A stretch of DNA of 64,000 nucleotides from Halocafeteria seosinensis. Its lineage: Eukaryota. Of this stretch, positions 48,045 to 60,792 are shown in pieces; within the stretch, counting starts at the first letter, position 1; each line of letters begins with the position of its first letter. The stretch covers positions 1-64,000 of the forward strand of contig LVLI01000172.1 of assembly GCA_001687465.1 (NCBI GenBank), written 5' to 3'. A model generated the notes under the pieces. The model saw nothing but the letters and a program-made list of their open reading frames with translations, was not told the DNA's origin and ran no database searches. A program made the position numbers and the translations under genes.

Positions 48045-50392
48045 ATGCAGCAAGGTCAAGAGGAAAACGCAACTAAACCGTCGTCGTCTGCTAGCTCAAG
48101 ACCGCCGAAAAAGAGGTCGTCTATAGCTAGAAAGCGCCCTGGAACGGGCCATACATCTGCGAGCAGCAGCAGCGCGCAGGTCGCTACCGAGCAAGACCGG
48201 CGATCCACAGCAGATTCCACCACTCGAGATAGAGAAGATCGCTCCACAGAGGGAGGTGGCTCCGGTCCACAGGGAAAGAATGGCGTGCGATTACCTCCCT
48301 TGGACACTTCCGAATACACACTAGAGGAGAAACTGCGTATTCAGAAAGAGGAGCAGGAACGAGAGTTTGGTAGGTCTAATTGATAAGTTTTGCTCTCTTG
48401 AACTATTCAGTTGTTTGCACTTTTTGGAAATATACAGAGGAATATGAAAAATTAAAGCGCCAGAATGAAGTCGAACTTCAGGAAAAACGCCGAAAGAACA
48501 GAGAGCTACGGTCCAAATTAGCCAACATGCAAAAGAGAGCATACAAAGCAGAAAATGACCAGCTTTATGAAGATACGACGGAAGAAAAAGTTGAGTCACA
48601 AGTAGCCAGGGCTAGGTCAAGGTATGATAAATTACGTTCAGAGACCTCGAACTTAGCGAGCCGGCTACGGAAACTGGAAAAAGAGCGTGATTCTCTTCGG
48701 AGTCATGCTGAGGAACTGTCCAACAACCCACAAATTCAAAAAATCCGCCAACTTGAACAAGATTTAGATCAAGCCAATATCAAGTTTAATGAAGCTCAGA
48801 ACATTGGCTCGACGTATGAACAGATTCTGAAACGTCTCAAGGATGAACGAGTCGACTTCGATAATCAACTAGTAGCAATTCGGGAAGCTCTAGAGGCAAA
48901 GAAAAAAGATTTAGAGGAACTGGAGGAAATTGCTAACCAGGCAGAAGCTTCCAAGGAGGCGAATTTGACTGAATTAAGGCAAGCTCAATCAGACTATAAA
49001 TTTGCGAAAGAAAGAAGGGTAAATGAAATGCGAAAAGCGGAAAAGCAGTCGAACAGGAAGAAGCACCAAAAAGATGTCCAAGAGGAGCGGCAACGTAAGC
49101 GGCTAGAACTGTTACTTGGAAAACAGGATGGAGAGTCCGATCAGGTAAATTGCATTGCGTTTAGGCTACACGGAAAGTATCCCCTTCTGTGCTATTTATT
49201 GTCAAATCTGGTCGCAGGATGTGACGAGTGTGGAACTGAAAGACCTCTACGAAGAGGAGAAATCACTAAGAAGCACAGTAGAGCATTACGAAGAAGACTT
49301 CCGAAAACTGCAGCATACCACTGGCGCAAAAACTGCCGATGAAATTATTCAGGTGAGCTGCTTTGCGTACTCTTATTATCTTAATTCCCCTTGACAATTT
49401 ATGCCTGCTTTAACTCCACTGAACTGCAGAAGGTAGCTGCCCAAAACGATCAACGACGGCATCTCAAGGAGCTCGCAAACTCAAATTCCAAAAAGCTAAA
49501 ACAAATCAAAGACGAACTTGAGGAATTGCAGAGCTACGCAGATCAGATCAAATATAACACGGGTGTTGAGCAAAGCCCTCAGCGGTCCAAGGAAGTCGCG
49601 TACACCACTGGCAAACAAGCCTTCGAAGACCTCGAATATGCTTTAAACGAAGCCCAAAGCCGACTCACGCGTGGAAGGGGCAGATACGAACGATTGGCAA
49701 GAATTATGGTCGATCTACGTGGTAAGTGAACAATTGTTTCACGGTCTCTCCTCGAGCAACTCAAGCACAAGTGGTTTCTTACAGCGGGGGTGGAGCACTT
49801 AGCTGAACAGCTAGAACCAATACGCCGAGAATTTCGCCTTAATCTCTACGGAGAAGAGACTCCCTTAAGTAGCGATGGCAGTCAAGAAAATCTCTCTGAC
49901 TTGGATGTGATCTCCTTGCTCCGTGGATGTATTACTGCAATTGAGAAAGCACTGGAAGACCAGGGTCCTGAGCACGGCAGCGACCATTCTCCTTTAATGG
50001 AAGCTCGACCGGGGTCAGTCAGTCCAGGCTTTGGGTTCGCGAGCTCACCTCTCGCACAACAGGACAAATTCACATTTCCGGATGAAGCGGAGAGGCCGCA
50101 GCACTTCTCCAAACGCCAACCGTCAGTAAACTTTGCGGAGCCACACACACCGACCAGTAGCAGATGGGGTAAAGCGGAGAGCGGCTCATTTATGGAGATG
50201 AAGCGTCAAGCCTCTACTCCAAGGCAAAAGAGATCTGAAGACGCGGAAAACGAATCAGAAAGTTCGGATGATGGGGATGTGATATCTCGACGGCATATCA
50301 AGCAACAATCCAGAAGCAGCGTAAACGCCAGGTTACGTTCAATACGAAGAAAAGCAAAGACGAAAAACGAAGATGAGGAAGAAGAAGGGTGA
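48045..50392 (+). CDS. CCDC151: Outer dynein arm docking complex subunit, CCDC151/ODAD3 (DC1)-like coiled coil
   Basis: IRQLEQDLDQANIKFNEAQNIGSTYEQILKRLKDERVDFDNQL matches the family core; AGVEHLAEQL. Four short introns. Confidence 0.82.
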
Positions 50393-50406
50393 AGTACATC
50401 TCCGCT

Positions 50407-52912
50407 TCATACCCGTCGATACGCTTCAGACTTTGCTAGTTTGCTGGTACTTCCCTGGCGTAGTTTCGTTCCTGCGAAGAGCGTTGGGATACTGTCCTCA
50501 AGGTCGAAGTGTCTCTCGTGGTTAGTCCTATCGTTTTGCCATCCTTCGACGCGGGCAAGGAGCCTTTTCGCTTTAGCAATATCAGGGTGCAATCTATGCG
50601 TTGCAGGCGCTAACTCATCTCCGGCAGGGTCACTCTGTTCGTTTGTCCTGCTTCCTGTAAGATCTCCGTCTGTTTTTCGTACTTTAATAGCTTCGGTTAT
50701 TTCCTCGATTGTTTGAAGAAACTCTGTCTGAGATCCATTATCAGTGAAAGGTAATTGATCGCCCCGCGCTAGGCGACGAAGATACTTCAAAATGTAGTGT
50801 GGGCTGAGGGTTTCCAAACCGTGTTCACCTCCCTTCCCCTCTAACGTCTCGAAGGATTGACATAACAGCAGGTTCAGCTGATAAAGTAATCCAGCGTGTT
50901 CTTTAAATCTCCGGTGTAAAATCATGTCTCCGAATAGAGACATTGATGTGCATAAGATAGTCGTGAATGCGCAGTTATTTGATAGTGGTTCTTCGAACGG
51001 GTTATACGCAGTACTGTATATAAGTGTCCTCATCCGAGATAGAACCTTGCTGGAATCCACAGTACTCTCTTCATCCGCGATTGGTTCCCATAGCATGGCA
51101 CCGACAATTCGGTTGCTCGAATCCATATAATAAACGATACCGACATCATGTTCGACGCTGATCTGACTCAAAGCTACACTGCGTCTCCTCTCACCATTTC
51201 CAAGTAGTTGTCGTGGAATCCAGACAGCAATTGTTTTCAGTTTCGAAGAAATAACTCCTACCTGGAACCAGCTTGACTTACGACACTTAGAGAGCAAGCA
51301 TGCACGTTTATCAACACACGTACCGTAAATACTCTGACGCCGAAGGCGTCCAAGCGAAATTGCGAGGCTGGTAAGTGCGAATAACGAAGACGCGCCCCGA
51401 ACAAATTAGACGCTGCTATAAGGCCTGTGATAGTAGAGTGTTCTAGAGAGTAACTAGTCCGTTTTCCTGCATTATCGTGCAACGTCCGATCTCTTCAAAA
51501 AATTCTGATGGATCGTCATTGTTGCTTACCAGTTCCGGCATTGTGAAAGCAGGCAGCCTCGCCTGCAACATAGCAATCAGCGCATGGCATCAGCTCCGGG
51601 TTTACATGGATACCGCCAGAGTCTTTGTCCATTGCGAGAGAGTTCTTCCAACCGCTTGCACCTTCGCTACCAAAGTGTAGCGGATATCTTCTGGCACTCG
51701 GGGCCAGATATAGTAAATTCGTATCGAAGTTAGAGGTCTCAAGCCTATTAAACGTTCGGCAAACCTGGATTTGCAACTTCCCATTAGTACCGGCCTCGTC
51801 GAGCGTTAGGGGCGCCACGTACTGCAGCGAAGAAAAGTTCTTTAGGCGGCAGCCCTCTTTGCGCAACATGTCCTTCGCCTGTTTCCAAATATAGCGAGGA
51901 ACGTATTCACTTAGCAATCCCGCGTTTCCACAAACAAGAGCTACTTGCGCGCGTTTCGAGACACGCCTAACTGAAGATGCCAGTTCAAGTGCCTCGAAAC
52001 CATTACCGACAACGGTGACGTGTGGTCTCCTATAATGAGCGATATTGTCAAGTGGCGCCTGAGGATCATAGCTGCACAGGGATAAATTTTCGGTGCAAGA
52101 GAGACATTGAAAACTCAGATACTAGTTGCGTTAATCCCGTACCATTTAACTCTATGGTGGGCGAGGGGATGTGCAATAGTTTCCAATAAGTCATGCGATA
52201 TCCTAGAGATCTTCGGTACCAAAAGTGCTTTATCATACCGGATTATCCGGTTATCTGCACCATACGAGTTCAAGCTTCCACATCAAATTTTCCCCATTAA
52301 GTCGTGCAGCATACCGTTGGTAAAAATAGCCTTGTGATCCGTATCAACGCCTACCACAGAGGCATTCCATTTGTCTATGATTGGGAATTCTGAAGAATCT
52401 TCAACTTGAGATACTCGAAGCACTTTCAGATGCTTCAATTCTGGACTTTCAAGAAACGCGGCAAGTGTTTGAACTGCCGATCTTCCAGCAGCAGTGTCAT
52501 CTCCTGCGATTACAATGTCGTAATGGTGTTCCTCCATGGAATCACCACAGTCCACCGTTGGTGATCGCTCAACAAAGCCACTGTGAACCCGTTTGTCAGC
52601 GTGATCACATTTCTGCAGCCCCAAGCCCAAGATATTCATGAGCTCTTAGATCTTACCGGTTCAAGTGAGACAAAGATAAGCACTACGCGTCGATAATACA
52701 CTTCGTCAAGTTGGTGACGTCAGTGGGCTTACTTGGGAAGCGACCTGGTTCCATTGTGTAGAATTCCATGTACCTATGAGTGAAACAGTAAGCCCATGGC
52801 CTGCAAATTTAACGACAGTGACTTGTCTGAGTACAGAACCCCCTTACTCAGCCTGCATCAGTCATGCAGAACGCTTACGTAGCCAACCACGGAGCTGCTG
52901 CAGCAGTCGCAT
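50407..52912 (-). CDS. Apoptosis-inducing factor (AIF)-like flavoprotein, divergent
   Basis: VTVVGNGFEALELA, LLSEYVPRYI, DKDSGGIHVNPEL..CYVAGEAACF, HSTITGLIAASNL...YSHLP, GIVYYMD..RIVGAMLW follow AIF motif order. Multi-exon; the start at 52912 (MRLLQQLRGWL) is inferred. Confidence 0.72.
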
Positions 52913-53790
52913 TTTTTATTCGCGTCACTGCAGTTTTTCCCTCTATCCTCGATGTTGCGACTCTCCGAGAGTCCTACCTAAATGATCCAATGAGCGCATG
53001 TCGGGACAAAGCACGTAAGAACTAGCCATCGCTATTTGGCCAAAGTACATCAAGAGCTTCACAAACCCTCCATGTGCGTCTTCAACTAGGACCACCGGCA
53101 TTGACTCGCCTATTCGGCTGCCGCATCGCCCAACAACAAAAAGTGTGAAGATTCGCTATGCGAGCATTTTGATTCTTCTGAGACATACTACCAGGCCCCA
53201 ACATAAGCCGAGAATACCAGCCAGTACGTGTGACCCACTCTGCTATCGTTTCGACCAAACTCTCCTCAGCTCCATGCACTAGCTGTCGCTCTTAGTTTCT
53301 GTTCCCCACCCTGGCTCATTCTAACAATCACATGCCGCAAACTTAGATATTGCTTCTTTGTAACCCGTATCCAAGCTGAGTCGCGATTCCACTTGCGGAT
53401 TCCGCACGCACGGAACTTCAACCACGTGCGTAAAGACTCAATAGTTTGGCTCCTCCCGTGGATACTGTTCATTACACTGTTGGGTTCTCTGTCCTCCTGC
53501 GTTAGCCCCCATACCGATAGTATACCAGTGCAGATTTTCAGCCGGCACATGCGTCAACAAGCCACGAGAGCTTCTTCACAACAATCAAAGTGTGGACTTC
53601 TGCTCAGTACTCGAGTGTTTTTGTTGTTTCCTGTCAGGGGAGGCTGTAGGGAAGCCTTGCACTCACACATCTTTTGTGGTTAAATCGTCCCTTTCGGACG
53701 CTTCCGTCCACTATGATCATGGCATTATTCCTCCTTATACAAGCGACGCCAAGGGAATCGAACTAAACCAACACACGCAAAAGGAAGACG

Positions 53791-56700
53791 ATGGCCTCGG
53801 ACCCTCCATCGACCTCCTCTTCTGGATATGCATTCAGTACGGGCGATGGAGGCGTGTTTGGAACCAGTGACTTGCCGTCACAACAAGATGGAGCTCTACA
53901 GGAATCTGAGAAATTATTTGCTGATTACTACTCAACCGGGCCAAACGAGACGGTCACGTCGACGGCGATGAACTCGGGAGGCTTCGACGATTTAAGCAAC
54001 ACTACAGGCGGCGAAGAAGGAAAAGGAAGTGGGGCTTCAGAATACAATGCAACCTCGCAGAATGATTCCAATACGACCTTTCTGGGGACAAACCAGATGG
54101 TGAGTTGCTAGACTCGTTATTCGGTACCTTCAAGTTTGGTATGAGACTTGTCTTTGTGGTACAGATGGGCTCACAATTGGACTCTGTGAAAGCGATTCTT
54201 GAGAAAGACGACTCTGAACAAAACACAACTCCTTCCAAGCGTGGCTCACAATTAGATAGGGAGAGTACATTTAGCAGTGATTCTCCTTTTGCGCGGGATA
54301 TTTATTCTTCGCTCCATCTGGAAGAAGTGTCAGACAATGAGCCCTTCTCGGGACTTCGCTCCGACACCGACTATAACGAGGAGAACGAAGAAGACTTGGC
54401 TAACAATTCCGTTTCCATGGAGGATACTGATACTGCTTCTAACGACCACAAGCTTCCAGGAAGGATTCAACAATTCAAGGGCAGGTTGGGCCGAGAATCT
54501 GGGAAGCCGATGCTGTCCGTTAGGGTACCCGCACCCGTTCAGTATTGCAAGTGCTCCCCCTTTCTGCTTGTCCGAGACAACGATGGCAATATGATTGAAT
54601 TAGACAGTGATAGGATCAAGCTGCAGTTTCGCTGGTATCGTTCCAAGAGTTTCAGGAAGTGCGCGAACCCACGTTGTAGTCGTACGGGTGCTTCAGATGC
54701 GAACTCCGGTAAAATCCAATGCTTCCCAGCTGCAACTAAGGGAATTCCTTCCGAGTTCACGTACTTCTGTGGTACAGAGTGCCTGAAACAGTGTTGGCCT
54801 GTAGAAGCGGCAGCTGCGTATGCCTCCTGTGTAGACATGAATGAGGCGGATAGTGACTTCAGCGTACTCTCGTTGGCAACTCTTCTCGCTAGTAGTGGCT
54901 CAAAGACAGCATTTTCCGAAGACATGGATACCAAGTCTCTAGCCCTTGAAAGCATTGAGGCTGCAGACCAGTTAGGGTCCCTCGAAGCGGCTGAGTCAAA
55001 GCAGTTCTTCAAAGCCCGAAAGTCGGCAGAAAAATTATCGCGACGCGCCGACGGTGACGCTGCCGAACCTACCATCACAGATGACAACGAAGAATGGGCA
55101 CTAGTATCTCTCGATCGTGAATATACACCTCGATTGGAGGATGTTTGGCACAGTTTAAAGGTGGTGGTGACAGCAACGTTGGATGATTCGCATGTAGTTC
55201 GGCGCCATAGTAATGCGCAGTACGCATTCCCGTTTCCTCCGTTCGCTTCGACGAGGCAGTATCGATGGAATTCCTCCGTAAGGGCTGCAGCTGTCAAAGC
55301 AGCAGCCGATAGTCTTCGAAGGGCATTCCAAAACACCAGCGGCACCAATATGAAAGGAGGTATTGATTTTCAAAAAGTCTTGACCAATGATGGTGAATAC
55401 AACGCCCTTATTGCTAGGTTGGCTCCCTACCTGAAGTACAACAAAAATGCTGAGTCTTTTTCCGTTTCTCTCCCGCCTGCACTGAAGCCGCTGCTGAGAT
55501 TCCGATCACCACCGAAACCACAGAATGACGCCATCCGAGTCTTGTCTTACAATTCTCTCGCAGAGATTTATGCTACTCAGGCTGTTTATCCGTACTGCCC
55601 TAGTTGGGCCCTGCAATGGCCCTACCGATGGAGGCGATTGCACCATGAGATACAATGTTTGGATGCTGATATCATATGTCTTCAAGAAGCTCAGGCAGAT
55701 CACTTTGAATCGGACGTATTACCAGCAATGGAGGTAAGTTCAATGGGAAGTAGCTACTTTAACACGGTCAACGGACGGTTAGCAGCTAACTAATGTATTT
55801 CAGGAACTTGGGTATAAGGGACTTTATAAGCAGAAAACAAGAGAACCTATGGGCATGACCGGGAAGATTGATGGCTGTGCCATGTTCTATAAAGCTTCGA
55901 GGTTTAGAGTAAGTGTTTTTTAGCGTGTAGTTTGCCAGGGGTACAAAAATAGGAACCATTGTAAATCGCCTCTTATCGCAGTTGAAGGAAAAGTACGTCA
56001 TTGAATACAATGAAGCTGCGATGGCTGTCGGAAGGACAGAAACTGAAGCAGCCAACTCACTGCCTTCAAACCAAGCACACGACCGAAAAGCGCGGATATC
56101 ATCTATCCGAAATGCGCTCCAACGGTTGCTACGAGACAACGTGGCCCAGATTACGCTCCTGGAAATGTTTGCTGACGCAAGTGGCAAGCCGCTGGCCGGA
56201 AACACTGCACTTCCAGTCGTTGTAGCAAACACTCATCTTTTCTGGGATCCTGGATATGGCGATGTAAAACTGTGGCAAACGAATGTTTTATTAAATCAGC
56301 TTAACAAGTTTCTCCGACAGCAAAGAAAAGCGTTCAAGAAGGACCAATCCCCACATAAAGGTAGCGCTCGGCAAAAATTTAATGATGTCCCGTTGATACT
56401 TTGTGGAGACTTCAACAGCGAACCACACTCTGCTGTTCATCGCTTCCTTGGGCAAAATTCTGGCTATCATATTGATCAGAACGGAAACTTGCTAACTAGT
56501 ATGCGGGGCGGAGATGTACCGACTGACCCCAGTGCGATCCTTCCAAGCCCAGAGAGTTTGTCCCACGACATTCCCTTAGTTTCTTCTTACGCTGCCGTGA
56601 ATGGAGATGAACCCTCGTATACAAATGTGACTCGTGATTATACAGGCTGTATTGACTATATATGGTTCTCCGCGGATGCGTTGGAGGCCGCTGGGGTATT

Positions 56701-57325
56701 GCAAATGCCTTCTCTCGACGAATTGACCCACTACGCTGGTAGTCCACTCCCCAACTCTCAGTGGCCGAGTGATCACCTATGTCTTTGTACTGATTTCGTG
56801 CCGGCAGCTGCCCCTGCTTCGCAGATCACACCACGACAACTGTCGCATTTGTACAATACCAATAGCTCCCTCCGAAAGACCCCTGTGCAGCAGAAGACTC
56901 ATGACATGAGCATATACACTCCGGAATCCGAGGGGCAGAGCGTCTTTGCTAGTGTTGCGATAGAAGATACTGGGGAAAGTGAGATGCTTCAAGACACGGA
57001 AGATGTGGCAATGTCCAGTTGGGGCTCCCGCCGCGTAGCCTTGCACAATACTTCTGAGATTTCCCGGCAGCCTGATAGGAAGGATGCGGATGAATCTCCG
57101 AGAGCGGCAGCTCGGAACGGAGGGTCTCCATCTGCCAGTGAAAGCCGCCGATCTCACACTTCAGGATCATCCGGGTCATCATTGGCTCGTCAGATGCAGT
57201 CGCGACTTCGGATGCAAGGTAATCGCGACGAACACGGGAACAAGAAGGAAGGCATACGCTTAGAACCTCGAGGAATTGGCTTCCGCCGACAAAGCAATAA
57301 TAGCGGAAAGAATGACGCAAAGTAA
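53791..57325 (+). CDS. CCR4: CCR4-type EEP deadenylase with plant/oomycete-type N-terminal Cys-rich domain and no LRR
   Basis: LQFRWYRS, CANPRC...YFCGTECLKQCW, EYTPRLEDVWHSLK; EEP motifs SYNSLAEIYA, CLQE, NTHLFWDP, LCGDFNS, IDYIW, WPSDH. Three introns. Confidence 0.9.
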
Positions 57326-57399
57326 ACAATATATGCTTTCGAACACAGTTTTACAAATGGCTTAGTGTAGCGTTGCACAACTTGTTATTGATTATTTGT

Positions 57400-58510
57400 C
57401 TACTCAGCCCTACGGGTACCATTTTTGTCTGGAGCGCTCTCATCTTCCCCCCACCCCATTTGTTCGAGGGCTTGAAGAGAAAGAAAATCCGTAGCAGCTG
57501 ATGTGGATGGTGGAAAGGAATCGTCTCTATACAAATTTACGTCTTCCAATGGTGGTACTGGTATGTCTGGAGGTTCAAGTGGACCTGGCGATATTTCCGG
57601 AGCTGAACTTGACGCCATCCCCTGTGTTGTAAATGTGGATTCCATAGTCTGCCTCTTTCGTAGGTGGTCTCGTAGCTCTGCTGCTGCAATAGCGTCGTCG
57701 ACGAGAGATCGGCCTCCTCGTTTTTTTCCTGTGTCTAGTGGAGGAGGCCATGAGCCTGAAGACATAGACTGCGCTTCAAGTTCGCGGCGACGCTCCGCTT
57801 TGGTTCGTCTATCTGTGCACTGCGAAACGATTTTCTTTTCTACGCATCTCTGCAAACATACAATAAATAAAACACAAGCTGCTGCTTCTCGTTGTTGTGT
57901 AAGAGAACTCACTCTGCATGGACGCACTGGGTCACACCTTCGCTTCGCCTTGGCACAAGGTTCACAGGCTCTGCGGACAGTCTGTCGAGAGCCCTTCTTT
58001 CCTTCTGTAGCAGAAGAAGCAGACGAGACAAATGGTGAGTCACTCCTCTCTGCACCGGTTTCTGCATTTGCAAGAAACAAACAGGTTAATACTAATGAGA
58101 CTCTGGTTGAAGTTAGCGAAGTACCAAGGAGTAACACCGCTTGTCTGTTGGGCCTACGGTGACGTGACACGCCCCTTCAACACGACACTGCACACTCAAC
58201 GCGTGTACATCCTACACATTCAAGACAGCGCATGTGCAACTGTGCAACTGCCTCAGAGTTTGGTATGCCCCACGCATGTAATCCTAGGGTCCCGATGCTC
58301 CAGACGGGATTTACAGTACTCCCGAAGACTTCAACGCACGCGACTTCACTTACCGTGCTCAACGGTTTCATTGCCACTAGGCTCTCTCGCTGTCGCTGCT
58401 GCGGCTGTTGGAAATACTGTCGCTATAAAGCTATCGTCTACTTGCGGGTGAGTTGCGGTATCAGTTTGCGATTCCTGAGTTGCGGTGGTCTTCTGACACT
58501 TGGTCGACAT
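57400..58510 (-). CDS. Zn(II)2Cys6 binuclear cluster transcription factor, copy 1
   Basis: Exons 58510-58354, 58061-57913, 57849-57400. The spliced domain CEPCAKAKRRCDPVRPCRRCVEKKIVSQC has the C-x2-C-x6-C-x5-C-x2-C-x8-C pattern. Confidence 0.88.
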
Positions 58511-59660
58511 TGCACGGCTTCTTTTTTAACGTGTGCAGCCAACCAATCGGTCTCCCCACCAAGAGAAGAACGGGAGTGGAATATCATTAGCTTCCGAAGA
58601 AATCAATAGCCTGATAAGCGAAATCGACATCAAAAACGCTTTATCCGAATTTTCAGAGGTGTTATGGAGGGGCTCGAAAAAAGTCCGCCGCCCGCGCCAC
58701 TTAGTCTGTGTCCCTTGGAAAATGTCGGAGTATTCTAGGTTCTTTGTCAACTATTGCGTGCTAGTCACTATACAATTTGATAAACCAACAAATCTGTGAT
58801 GACTCAAACAATACTTATATTGAATGCTAACTGCAGACTTACCGTGAGAGCCAAATGGAGGGATAGAACGTTGAAGTTGACTTCCGGAACACTGACTAAC
58901 TCGGAGTCATTGAACAAGCACTGCATGCAGCATACCACCTCGGTATTACGCTTGAAGGCTTACTACATCGCCTCGCAAACACTTTGGAGGGGAGTTTGAA
59001 CGTTCGGAAACAGTGCGACTGATGTCTCTATTTCGTGTGTGTTACCACGAGGACAGTATAGAAAACAAGAATGCAAAGGCTTGACTCAAAGCGTTTACGT
59101 GTACTTCAAACTACCTGGTTGTAGGCAACTTGTAGCGCATTTCACCGGAGACCCAAAATGCTTTAACAACTGACTATTATTAAACTCTTATTCCGCCAAC
59201 TGCGCTTGATGTCACTGGGGAAGCGGATTCCGGACAACAGACTTCAGTCCCTCGGCGTTGCATGTCTCGCTCTGACAATGCTGGAACCCTGTAGTCGTTC
59301 GCAACCGATCAGTCCAATTATCAGCCACCTTGTTTGCTTATTTACGTCGAAAACAGTATTCGTTCGTCTCGCTTCCATTTTGATTACAGTGCACTTTGAC
59401 AGAACTAATATCCCGCACATCAGCTGCATCATCATTGATGTGAAGAATCAAGCCCCTCTAACACCGAAACAAACTGCCAAGCAATACGCATGCACACAAG
59501 CTTACTCGAGAATACAACACATTGCTGCATGAAAGATGACATGAGATCGTGACCCGTGGAACATATGAATTCGAACGTGGGCCCAAGAGACGCCGCACGT
59601 CAGCAAACGCCTAGCCGTCGAAACACAAGTGGCTAGGCTTTTTATGAGGTATTGGTTGCA

Positions 59661-60792
59661 TCACTGAGTCGTATCCTCGTGCTGTACGTCTTCGTCCGCC
59701 CACCCCATTCCCTCTCCTTCAAGAGCATCGCTTAAAAGAAATTCTGTGGCAGTCAATGTCAAGGAATTACCTGGTGATATACCAAGGCCGTTGTCTTGCA
59801 TCAGGATTGGCGTTTCCGTTTCTACTGGCTCCATCAAGGTTGCGGTGTCGTGAATGCCACCAGTTTCAGAAGATGACAGGCCCGAAACTGGAAGCTCCTG
59901 CTGTGCTTTCACTTCTGCTATTTGCTGCTCGATACTTGCACTAGGAACCAGCTTCTCCTTCTTCTGAAGAATCTCTCGTAGCTCTGCGGCTCCAATAGCA
60001 CCATCGACGAGTGATCGCCGTTGTCGTTTCTCCCCGCTTTCTACTCTTTCTAGGGCGAGGGCCGCGGAAGCGCCTGTCCTTCAAGCTGCACAAGTCGTTC
60101 AACTTTAGTTAGTAATATCTATGATATCTATCCACACACTGCAAAGCAATTTTCTTTTCCACGCATCGCTGCATGTATACACTATGGAAAAACTTTGCAT
60201 ATAAACGGAAATATAAATTTGAAGATGAGAACTTACAGTACATGGCCGCACCGGGTCACAACGTCGCTTAGCCTTGGCACAAGGCTGACATGCTCTTCTC
60301 ACTGTTTGCCTCGAGTTCTTCCTTCCGCTTGCACTCGTCGAGGCAGACGATGACAATGGCAATACTGCTGCTGAAGGCTGTTGTCCATCTGCAATTCATG
60401 ACAATACCAAGGTAGCACCCAGTCCTTGAAGTGCGAATGACGGAATAGCAGCCGACGTTCCGCTCACCACCTGAGCAAGCGACAAGTGCGAGAGTGGAGA
60501 CTATTACACGTATAGGATCCCAAGATAGCAGAGTTGACTAAACCATTGCTTGTATAACCCTCCGATACCCGAGTTCATCAATGTTCCTTCTGAGAATGCT
60601 TGATGCGACACTTCAAGGCCCAAACTTACCCTGTATCATGGAAGCGGAAAGTGCTCCATCGCAACTTTCGTGTCGACTGGTTGTAGGGATGATAGGCACC
60701 GTGGAGCTGGAAGCACTTTCTGCATGGTGATCCCCTACGCTGTCAAGAGGCCACGTGTATACTGAGGTCTTCGTCTGACTCCCAGTGGACAT
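59661..60792 (-). pseudogene. Zn(II)2Cys6 factor, copy 2: frameshifted with a premature stop (or rescued by an extra intron)
   Basis: Same exon plan as copy 1 (donor 60629; intron 60169-60236). CQPCAKAKRRCDPVRPCTRCVEKKIALQC is followed by a +14-nt insertion with TAA at 60111-60109 and a 1-nt deletion, after which homology resumes (RRSLVDGAIGAAELRE ... FLLSDALEGEGMGW). Confidence 0.7.

Noticed and set aside
54539..55348. 269-aa antisense ORF, and similar shadow ORFs over HIRA, RPA1, CDKL and Zn copy 1
   Set aside because: They mirror well-supported genes on the other strand and carry no independent motifs.
59609..59644. Hairpin gcctagcc/ggctaggc followed by a T run, resembling an intrinsic terminator
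   Set aside because: Eukaryotic context, and it is on the wrong strand for the adjacent gene.
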